A stretch of DNA of 64,000 nt, taken from Ascidiella aspersa. Its lineage: Eukaryota. Under the pieces are notes generated by a model. It did no database searches. It was not told where the DNA came from and saw only the letters and a list, made by a program, of their open reading frames with translations. The DNA lies in the NCBI GenBank assembly GCA_963924565.1, contig OZ004613.1, positions 15,252,001 to 15,316,000 on the forward strand, read 5' to 3'. Both the position numbers and the translations under genes were made by a program. Shown one piece after another: positions 11,301-22,300 of this stretch. Position 1 is the stretch's first letter, and every line of letters starts with the position of its first letter.

Positions 11301-13555
11301 ATCAGAGTGTAAATTTGGCGAAAAGTGCAAAACTTCAAAGATCAAACGTCTAGTTCAAGGACAGATAAGCTTGTTTTATGAAAAAATTAAATGATTTTTA
11401 TTAGCTTTTGACATAACCTACTAATAATGGAACAGGTTTTAAGTCCACAGAAAACCTGCATGGCCGCACGACACATTGGTAAATTAGTAAGTAGAGCACA
11501 TCTATACATTCTTATTCAGTTTAGGAAGGAACTTGGACTTTGCCAGTTTGAATTGCAATTGATTGGGTGTCACCAAAAGCAAGTGTCAATCGCATCTGAC
11601 AAAAAACTCAAGATATTTTTAGCACAGTAAAGGGCATTTGATGTACTTGTATTTTAAGTGGGTAACAGTTAAGGAACAATTTAACGAATAATTGAGATTA
11701 TTAAAATATCAGTTATAATTTAATTATCCACTTCACCTTTTTGCTTGGCCAATGCAGCGGTTTCCAACAAGGTTTGGTAAGCTGCATTATTTTTGTTTCC
11801 ATTTGCTTCAAGAAAAATTCCTAAAACGGCTAAACCATCGCTCATATCCTTTATCTGGTCAACGCTGGTATATGGGTCCTTGATGTGGACAATGTGCATC
11901 TTTACAAATAATAACTTGTTCAAATAACCATTTTCATTATTTTTTAATAAATTTTAAAATTAGAAACTTTAGATTTAAATAAAAAAATAGGTTAGAATAA
12001 AAATATTTTCATGCACAACAACAAAGCATAATTTCATGTAAGTGCATAGGGCCCCAAGATTTTAAAATGGTAGTTTAATGTTTATTAATGTTAGTTCATC
12101 AAAAAAGTAACATCACAGCATGGAAAAGTACTGTGACTAATTATTTAAAACAGGAAGCAGAGTATGGCATGTTCATAGGTTGGCAAGTGTCAGCCACGTT
12201 CCAACAAACCTAATACAACATCTGCTTGTTGAGTTTATAAAATTATATAAATGAATGAAGGTTAACATTAGCTCATTTTAGATGAAGTACATATATGATG
12301 GAACCATGAAGAGGATATGTCACTCTAATCCGTACCACATCAATTGTTGTTGACTCTCATCCTATTTTCAATTGATTTATCCTTTTCAAAGCAGTGCAAT
12401 TTATTCCACAATTAAATTAATTAATCTAAAGCTTTTAATTTCAAAGTAATTTAAAGTTATACATTTTTAGTCTAGTAAACATTGTAATAAATAATTTTGA
12501 GTAAAACTATATTTAAAATAATGCATTTTGACTTGTCATGCTGCCTATATCGACATTTTTGTTACTTTGCATACAATTAAAAAAAATAATGTACACCAAC
12601 CTCAGCATCAAAGAAGTGGCCATTGACAGAATGCTCAGAACCACCATTAACAGATGAATTGGCAGCCCTCCAGTGAAAGTGTAGCTGGAGAGCTGTATAG
12701 GTGCCATCAATGCCACTCCCACTTAAACGAAATACCTTTCCCTTGGGAAAATTGAGCTGCACTGAACATTGAGATGTAAATAACAATTAATAACTGTAGC
12801 TTTATTGACACAAAAACACTACGATTGACTAGGGTGCTAATTAAAAAAAATACAAATTTAAATACTAAAGCTAAAAACTGCAGTTCACAGGCAATGTGAT
12901 GTTAACATTCTTAATAACTTGTTTGAGATTCAATATCAATTAATAATGAAGCAGCTAATTAAATGTTAACATTAGTCATCTCTGAACAAGATTAAAGTAA
13001 AGAATTCCAAATTGGTGGTTACTATTTTACTATAAATATATAACCTGTATGGCCATTATTGATAAACTGTCCATCGGACAGGGATTGGTCATAACCCATT
13101 AATTGTAGAAAACCAAGTTTGTCATCTGGCACCACAGAGCTTGTCATTATGTTTATTGGAGATTGAGAAGACAAGCCACATGCTGGGTTCAACACATCCC
13201 AATCTTGTGGACCTTGATTTTTGAAAATAAAACTTTATACTGTATGCTATTAAATTACCGCTAAAAAGAAATCTAAAATTTATTTTTACTAACCACTTTT
13301 GCCTTTGTATTTCCAGTTTGATGCAGAAACATCTAAAAAAAACAATTGTGATAAAATAACAAGGGTATATGTACATATGTAACAATTGTTCTAGATGTAT
13401 ATAAAATTTAGACAAGTTTGGTTTAACATCTCATGGTAATTATTCTAATAAAAGTAACATATAATGTAGATAATATTAAACTCCAAACTTATTAAGTTGT
13501 ACTTACCATCACAAACAAACAAACCAAACCAAATGCAAAGGAGTGTGAAATACAT
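2311..13555 (-). CDS. Tandem two-domain alpha-carbonic anhydrase, type I membrane protein, 655 aa, 17 exons
   Basis: Exons (minus): 13555-13507, 13332-13294, 13212-13045, 12761-12601, 11899-11737, 10302-10145, 9080-9026, 7954-7829, 7030-6983, 5953-5786, 5237-5074, 4584-4416, 3981-3824, 3501-3405, 3063-2971, 2593-2465, 2333-2311. All are GT-AG and phase-compatible and sum to 1968 nt with no internal stop. Layout: signal peptide [16 protein letters not shown]; two sets of [53 protein letters not shown]; [24 protein letters not shown]; tail [19 protein letters not shown]. Confidence 0.85.
2971..7030 (-). other. alpha-CA domain 2 (membrane-proximal) exons
   Basis: [102 protein letters not shown]. 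Confidence 0.95.
6464..6724. repeat. ~260-bp direct duplicate of intronic 8760-9020
   Basis: Near-identical sequence (about 11 substitutions by eye) in two different CA introns. Confidence 0.95.
7380..7510. repeat. Dispersed repeat fragment, also at ~14830-14965
   Basis: aa(t)a/gagactta.aa.gcaac.ata.ctaaagcagaa...gtattta.accaac.ac...gaataagattaaa(a)tcgtct.aataaga is shared between the two sites. Confidence 0.7.
7829..13332 (-). other. alpha-CA domain 1 (N-terminal) exons
   Basis: [101 protein letters not shown]. Confidence 0.95.
10444..10846. mobile_element. Old hAT-type MITE with AAGTC pentamer arrays
   Basis: TIR CAGTGTTGTA...TACAACACTG; dense AAGTC/GACTT arrays; degenerate 8-bp TSD caataagt/tattacgt. 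A related fragment lies at ~8440-8545. Confidence 0.7.
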
Positions 13556-14173
13556 ATTTTAACACTTAAATCTAAGAAAAAATAATATATAGAACTTCAG
13601 AATAACCTAAAACTATACAGAAAACAACGTCCAAACGCAAAACAAATCATTTAAGAAAATTGATCTACTGCCACACTTTCGTCGCCCAATCTCTTTTACT
13701 ATAGGCCTCCTCATTAATTTCCCTTCCATAATGAAAGAAAACGTAAGCTGTATGTACGTAACTTTTTTGTACGCATCTTCCAAATGTCGATAAAATTTTA
13801 AGAGGGCACTAGCACAATAATTTATCAGAAACAATTTAACAATAAATAACATGCATTATAATTAACAAATGCAGCAACGTTTCATTACACGCGCGTTGTA
13901 TGCTTTGTTACTATGGCAACATGTTCGGTTCAGCGCCAATTAGCGCAAGAGTAAAACAGATATTTATTTCAGTTATATAGAAATAGCTTTGAATTAAGCG
14001 GCGGCAATCTGTCTTTTCAACGCATTCGATAAAGACGAGCTAAGCTAAATGTATATCACTTTTCGACTAAATTATTGTTTGCTTAGTCAATAAACACCGC
14101 CGGCGTTGTGCTGTGTCCGCAAGTCAAAATCTAAGCTACTAACAGAACAGGATAACATTTAGACTACTAACAC

Positions 14174-14429
14174 TGTTTGCCTCCATAACAGTTGAATTAA
14201 TACTAACATTACGAAGCTAAATTGCAGGCCTATCTCAGATTGTGGCTTGCAGCCATAAGTCAAGCCGGAACTTCTATATTCCAAAATTCCCTCGGCGACA
14301 GTAAATGTTTGCCTCCACAACAGTTGAATTAATACTAACATTACGAAGCTGCATTGTATCTCAGATTGCGGCCTGCAACCATAAGTCAAGCCGGAGGTTC
14401 TATATTCTAAAATTCCCTTGGCGGCAGTA
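14174..14429. repeat. Two-copy ~128-bp tandem duplication upstream of the CA gene
   Basis: tgtttgcctcca.aacagttgaattaatactaacattacgaagct...ccataagtcaagccgga...aaattccc occurs at 14174-14302 and 14306-14429. Confidence 0.9.
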
Positions 14430-16363
14430 TTAGCAGGGTCACAACGTCGTCAATTAGTGCTCCACAAATGGCGTTACGACAGAAACTCATCGTATACTTT
14501 GCCTACTAACTGACGTTTATCGGCGGCATATAAGTTAAAGACTAGTTGTAGGCTAAGCAGTAACATAATACGTCTCAACACAGCAAAAGGTCGCATATGC
14601 ACGAATACATACAGTGCAGAGTAGACCCAGTTTACTCTACAAGATTTAAAAATGAAATATTACTGTGTAGGACATAAATATTCAATTAGGTCTAGCAAAA
14701 CAAACTTTTAAGGCTATATTCTACGCCCTAACACATTTATGTATAGGCAGTGGTGGGATTTAGCCGGTTCCATAGAACCGTCTTGCGAAATTGTATGAGA
14801 TCAGCGAACTGGTTAGCATGGGAACACACAATGAGACTTAAAAAGCAACAATACCTAAAGCAGAAAAATGCATGAAACCATAGTATTTAAACCAACGACA
14901 TAATAAAGCAAAATACCGAGTAATACTCAGTACGGAATAAGATTAAAATCGTCTAAATAAGACCTAAATAACGCCTGAAACTGTGTGTATAGAAGGTTTG
15001 GGACGATCGGGGACCCTAAGATTCGCGCGGAGCGCAACAAAAATTAGCACTTACGTTGTTGAAACAGCAAAATACAATATTGGAGGGCATGGCCAAGTGC
15101 CAACCACAATATGAAGACTATAATAATAATTTGCGCATAAAATTATTGATACCGGTATATTAAGAACATAAAAGTTCGTTATTTCTGAGGCTATTAATAA
15201 GGGATCCCAGAAAATATAAATTCAATCATATATTGGCAAGAATTGACATTTTATTATCGGCGATATAGTTAGATTCGGACAAAATTATTCAAACACTTAA
15301 ATTATTACATTAGAAATATAATTTCGCTTTGGAAATGTCATAATATTGTTTCAACCACACCTATAGTGCTGAAAAATCCTAATGTTGAAATAAGTAGCTT
15401 ATATCAATGAGTCAATTAACAAGGTGTTGATATAAATGTGAATCAGAACTTTCTCTTTAAATTAGTTTACTAAATAGCAAACAGTATTACACTTTTTAAA
15501 GATTTCAGTTAACTCTGGAATATGCATTAAAAAGCCTCAGTAACATGAGTCGGCTGTGTGTAAACAACTTTGCCTTCGGCGCTTCTATAATCTCATATTT
15601 ACAACGAGATAATCACTCAACGGCACGGAAGTTTTTAAATCAATTTGTAGCTGCAATTGAGTCAGTGTGCTCCAGAAATTTGATTGACAGATCCGACAGC
15701 CAAAAACACTCATAGCAAGTAATCTATTCAAACGGAATGAAACAACTCGAACCAAATTATAGAACATATTTTATTGCACAGTCAATAAAATTGGAGGAAA
15801 ATATACTTGTATAATTTTAGTAAACAGTAAAGCAGATAAAAGTGATTGAACACATAAACGAACAGCGCTAACAAATGTAACTTGTTGGCTACTTTACCAC
15901 AGATACCATCGAAGCGTGCACAGTTGCACACCTTTTAAATATTAAAAATCCCAACATAATTATGTGATTTCATCTAAATAAGCTGCTGATAATTTAATCA
16001 ACTAATGGAAATATTCCATTTTTAAGAACTACAATTAATTCCTGTAAACATATCTAACTTGTGCAAACATTTATTATACTGAAAGCTAATGCGAAAGACA
16101 GTTGAAATTTGCTTTATCACACAACACTGTCACTTAACTTGGGGTTTGATGGTAATTCAGCCAGTACCATTTGGCAAAATAAATAAAATTAACAGCACCA
16201 ATTTAAGGCAAATCTCGCTACACATAAGACAGGTTATTTTGGCACACCAGAGCTAGGTCGAACAGGCATGCCACACTTCTTTCTTTCGCTCGAAGCGCCG
16301 TTTTTTCGCCATGCCACGCTTCTCGGTTTGCCCAACCCGAAGTGGGATTTTTGGTGTTGCCCG

Positions 16364-19300
16364 CTATATCCAAACTGCCGACAGTTTTAAGTCCACCTTC
16401 TCCATTGCACGTAAGTTCTGCAAAAAACAGCAAAGCATTGTGTTACGTTATTGGTTTCCTCGTGTTCTTTTTTCGGATTAGATGATTGTTTCGTCGAACT
16501 ATTCTTCGCTTCATTTCATCTGTTTCACGTTTTCAACATTTTTCGTTTGCACCCTCAGCACTAATCGTTTTTAGGTTTCAGCGGTTGAGTGATGTTTCTC
16601 AGTTGCCTGGTGTTCGTTCTGGTCAATTTTCGCATTTGGCCAAAAGACAGTTTTTTTTTGTTACAGCTAATACTGCTCAAAAGTTTATATAAACATTCAT
16701 CACAGTAAACCAAGTTCAGGTTGCTAGTTGGTGGTTAGCTTTTCATCTTTTTCGAATATCTATACCGACTACTAGTACTAGACAGGCTTTTTTTCCTAGT
16801 TGGAAATCAGGAAGGTCACAATTTATTAGGCTGAACTATGTGACAACAGCCGGTTCCCATTTAGACAGCAAAAAGCTTTAACAGTGAGGACAGTAGCTTA
16901 AACAAGGGATATCAGTTTTATCAGGAACAGTTGACCTACATTCCATAAAAAATACCATACCATTCTTTTTTAAATTATTGACATTACAAAATACTATTTT
17001 ATCAACGTTTTTTATTTCACTATGTACATATTTCTAATCGGAAGATTACACGTTGATATACTGACATTTTACCTCAAATCGAACGACATTTTAAGGGGGG
17101 GGGACACTTGCAACAATAAGTGCAGTGTAACGCCTAATTAAATATATAAAACTTAAGAGGACTTTATTATGCGTTACACTTTTAATCCAGGTAAACTTAA
17201 AATATCTATGAATTATGTCAAAATAAGATACTGATAGATCAAATCGTCACCTTAATATTTGCTTCGTAATAGTTCAGGTCTGAAGTCACCAAACCATGCT
17301 GCGGTCCGCCGTCATTTCGTACATTGAACTTATGCAGCAGCTTACGCATTCGCTGGCGAAAGTCCTCGTTTAGCTTTAAGATGATGCGGCGTGTTTGGCA
17401 CTGAAGCATAAAACATTGCAGCAAACCAAGCGTTAATTTAACAGATTGAAGCAATCGAAGCGTTATCGAGTTCCTTTAATCGGCTTGCTGTTATAAAGAC
17501 TGGCAAACATAATTTTTCGTAAAAGCAACATATGATATGTAATTGATAACAGTAGCGAAGCATGTATATTGTAAAGTACATGTTTTGCTAAAATTTATTA
17601 GAGGTTTATCAGTAACACTGATAATCTTGTTTTGTGGTCACAAGCTAAACATATCGTAAATCTTCAAAACAGACTCACTAAAACAGTTACATTAAATAGT
17701 TTTGTCTTGTTTAAAAGGACCTTTAGTAGGAATAAAAGCTACATGGCAACACGACCGAACCGGTCAAAATTAAACCTAAAACGTCAGAATACCACTTAAC
17801 GCATCCAAACTTCATCACTAACTCCTCCCCCAACTACTAAAAATAGTCTAATGCTAAAATATCGGGGCATCAACAGCAGCGTTCAAACCACAATGTCAGA
17901 ACGGACGGTGTCAAAGAACCAACCTAGTACTTTTTCGTGCTATTATAGATGTTGTTTAGACGATTTTGAATTTATTCCGATGGGTTAAGGGCTATTTAAT
18001 AAGTAATTAGAACTCAACTATAGATCACTGGGTTTATTATTGCCTGTAAGAAGGTGCCGTCTGTTTCACAAAAAAACAAGCACGCTGCTTTGTGTTGATT
18101 AGTAGTTTATCAGGCGTTATAGTGTTGCACAAAATGTTTTATCGTTTGTTGTGTGTTGTTTTCGCCTTATGTTCACTATTGCGTTGTCACTCACTTAACT
18201 TTTGTTGCCTTTCCACTTTTGCACCTCACCTTTCACGTTTTATTTCTTATCTTATCACGTTTTTCTTTGGCACCTAATACTTAGTTACGTTTGACACAAA
18301 CACCATTTCTTTCTCTCGTTGTTGTGTTTAGCGTAGTGGAAAACGAATGGTGACAGTCAGGCTGGGCAAGCCTGGGATAACCATCCGTTTAGATCGCCGT
18401 CGTTTACTCCCTATTTTAATCTCTGGTCGCTTTATATTACGCGCTTTCATTGTTTTATGTTTTATATGTTAGTTCGCCTCTGTCGTCCTATATTATATAC
18501 AACACAGATAAGTCTCGTGTAGTGCTCAGGCATCCGACAGGCCGTGAAGTAGGGAGTCCTGAAATAGTTGAACATTAACGTAACAATAGTTCATTGAATG
18601 CTTTTTGTGATTTAATTCTTTGGTTAAACAATATCGACTACAACAGTTATGGATAATAGCTTATAGTCGGCTTATTATGCGCTTCTCCATTTAGTTGTTG
18701 CTTTTAAGAAAAAGTTAACTTACTAAAAAGTACAATATCGTTTTTGAAACAATCAACCCATTGTTGTTGCTTAACTAAATATATTGTTTTTATATTTTGG
18801 TCGAAGAACTCAGTAAGATAATAACTGAATAAACATTAAAAAAAGTTTTTCACCGTCCGGCCAAAGTGTCTGAATTGAATAAAAACGTTATAAAAAATTA
18901 GAGAAACTAGGCACATAACTCAAACGTATGTACGTTTCTCATAAATAAGCACAATATAGTAATTTGTAAGACAGCGCCCTTAAAAATAATCACATATCCT
19001 AGAAATATGCACAGAATGGTGACCCTGTTTAAAGGTTTCGTTGCCCTTCAGTTTTGAACATAAATTAACAAAAATTACTGCACAAAATCAACAACAAATA
19101 TCTCAAAATAACATTTTCTCCCTTGGCACAGGAACCCCTTATGCTGGCATTTATAAGTATAACCCTAACATGAATATTAGTAAATATGTAGCTGATCGCG
19201 GGGATACAGACACTATCAGGTAAATAGTTTTCCCCACCTGGGGCAATAGCGCGCTGACGGTTTCGTGGAACTTGTTGATTTGTTTGCAGATTTGTCGGAA

Positions 19301-22300
19301 GGCGGGCGACGGCATTGGAGCCTTTACTTCCCACCGGCCGAGCTGGCGGTCAAAAACTCCCCCCACTATCGACACCAGCTTATGCTCGATTTCGTTTACG
19401 TGATCCTGCAAACGAAAACACAAATCAGTTGTTAGTAGGGCGATATTTTTGACCTAAAAATGAGAAATTTCGTCCTAAAATTGTAATTTATAAAAGACAA
19501 ACAACTTTTTAAATTCTGAAGAAAAACAAGAAGCTGATTATTTTAGAGAAATGTTGTGTAAACAGTTAAAATACAACGTAAGAATAAGACTTAATATATT
19601 ATCGAAACGTGAAATGTGTGATTAGAAAATCACAAGCGCAAAAAATACAGCAAATACCTTTTAATACATTAGTCCACATCATAGATACACAACTATATAA
19701 AGCAAAAACGAAGTTCGAGCTGATCCTAATGCGACAAACTAGGCCTGGGAGGTTAATTAAGCCGGCTCGCGAATACAGTATATTGCTCTAATGAACATAT
19801 GATACAGTTACAATGTCGTTGAATATAATTTACTACTATTTTTTTTTATAACACTTTAACTGAATGACAATTTCAAAAAGCTGACTATAGTTTTTTTTCA
19901 TTTTTGTAAACGATTTACGTGCATCAAGTTGGATTTGAAAGAAGTTTGACAAATATTGGCCTAACGTATAAATTCTTGACAATTTTTTGTAATAAGCATT
20001 ATTAAAATACACAGAGCAGCCCTCGAGTCTTGTAAAGTTACAACAGACTTGGTATATTGCAAGTGGAAGGTAAAATCGTAAGGTCTGCACCTAAACAGGC
20101 AATTAACCTTGAGCCAACCTTTTAGTTCAAACCGATTACTTTATGGCAATCAGACTAAAGAATAAAGATAAAAGAGAAACTGCGACAACCTTTTTTTTCC
20201 GGGTCATCACGTGGAATGCGACAAACAAAGTTTCGGTAGGAAGTAGGTACACACACTAGTGCAGTTTAAATGTTCAAACTCGGTTCGCGTGCCCGAAGGG
20301 GTATAGGCTAAATTTTAAGCGCAGTGTTTTGTTTTTTTAGCCCTACTTCTTTACCACGGTTTAACGCACATGCTTTCATGCATACATGGTTCTACAGCAA
20401 TTGGTCCCATACGCTACTTTGTTTTCAAATCATATTTAAACCCTTTTTAGCAAATCATCGATCCAACTCGACACAATTTTGTTGAAAAACTGCAAGCGAA
20501 ATAATTACCCGAACCTGAAAGTCTTTTGTGACGTGATCAAAATGACGCAGCACCGATCGGTGCTTGTGTGGCAAGGTTATATCGTCGTCGGTGTCACGTA
20601 ACTGAAGGTTAACGTGCGTCATCAGCTTGCCCTCAAAGTGAGTTCGTATCGACGGAATGCAGTGAAGGACAAGCTAAATAATACAGGAAAATACAAGGCT
20701 TGTTAAGTCGGTAAACTATCAAACAAGACCAACGTGCAAACATAAGAACAACTGCAAACTCATATGGTGCAGTTATTAATATGAAAATAAGGGGTAATTC
20801 ACAATTACCAGCTAAAATGTGTTCAGCAAAGTTTTACAACTGCTTTTTCAACATTATGGCACATTAAATTTGCAAGATTGTTTAATAATTTCTGATTTAT
20901 AATCATGTTTTAAATCTGCACAGAAAGCATTTTATATTATTGAATATTCTTTATAATGACATACTGTGTTCGAACAAGTAAATCCTTTGCAGGTCGGGTT
21001 AGTTGCCACTTGTAACTGTGTACAACTTGATACATTGATTAAAATATTTGATTTAAAGTCTTTGATTTGTAGTCAGCTTCAAGCTAGACCACAATGCGTA
21101 TAGTAAGTGTTTTAAATAATTATTTGGTTAACCAAAAAATGAGTGCGTTAAACGTTTTTTACTTGTATTGGAATTGCTACCGGGTTTTAACAACCGATAA
21201 GGGTTGTTTATTTAAAAAATTCTAAACCAACAAATTACTTGAGGTATTCAAACAGTTTCGCGCGGCGCCCGGAAAGTACCCACCTGTAAACACCTTGAAG
21301 CCAGCGCGAGATTTTTGGTCGTGATCGTTTTCAGTCCAACAAGCTGCAACGCGCCGGCGCCCAGCACTAGTTGGCAAGTACGAGAGTTGAACAGGGTCAG
21401 GAGGTCACGCAAGCGGTGAACCAAATCCGGGGTTGAGGTCGGAAGGTCGTCGGAGCATCTGTGTGCAATTATAAAGCATTCAAGAAGATGCCAATTCACA
21501 ATGTAAAATACGTTGTAGACTGTTAATAGGACAGTGGCAAATCTAATGATGAAAGAAATTACATCTGACAGCTTACAAAGGGCTATTCTTGATTTTCGCT
21601 GGCTATATTTATCCAGGCGCTTTTGCAAGCGGCGAGTAAAAACGACAACATAATTTGGTATAAAACTCAACGGCTTTTGCTGTCGAGATTCGCAAACAAG
21701 ATGCAAATTATGCAACAGATAACCTTCTCATAAAATTAGAGGCGGGCCTGAATGTGAAAAAGGCAGATCATTATTGTGTGCTTTTCGAAACAGGCCTAAA
21801 CTATCGGACCGCGGGCACGGCAAATACTTACTTGCAGTATTCGGTGACCATCTTAAGCAGAATGAGGACGGTTCCAACCACTGCGTAATTCTCGCCATCA
21901 ACTTCGAGACACTCGCTGCTGCTTTTGCTGTTGCGTAGAACATATAAATGGTGAAACATTTCCAATCTTATGGATCCGGGTATAAGATTTTGTCAGAAAT
22001 AATATCGGTTGGACTAATTTACGTACTTTTAAAAAATCAAAATGATAAAAATTGAGAAAAATTAAGTTTTGATATTGTGAAAATTACAAAAAAAAACAAT
22101 GTACAGGGTAATTAGGCTGCTTATCAGCACGATTGTCGGAAACCTAAGACCGAAAATTAAGAAGATACCTGTTTTATCATATTAAACTAAGACACGCTTA
22201 GGTAAAATCAGAAAGTTTCCAACCTGTTTTCTGTCACAACACCCTTTCCTGTTTTCGAAAATCACAACGCGATTCTCAAATTTTAAATCTGAAAGTTGAC

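Noticed and set aside
2311-13555. Two separate tandem CA genes
   Set aside because: Domain 1 has no stop before a strong phase-1 donor, and no ATG/signal exon was found for domain 2. The GTAAGT at ~7390 lies in a dispersed repeat and has stops in the required frame. Disfavoured, not excluded.
17783-17818. C/D snoRNA (minus GTGATGA...CTGA)
   Set aside because: The boxes are only ~35 nt apart, with no terminal stem or recognisable guide.
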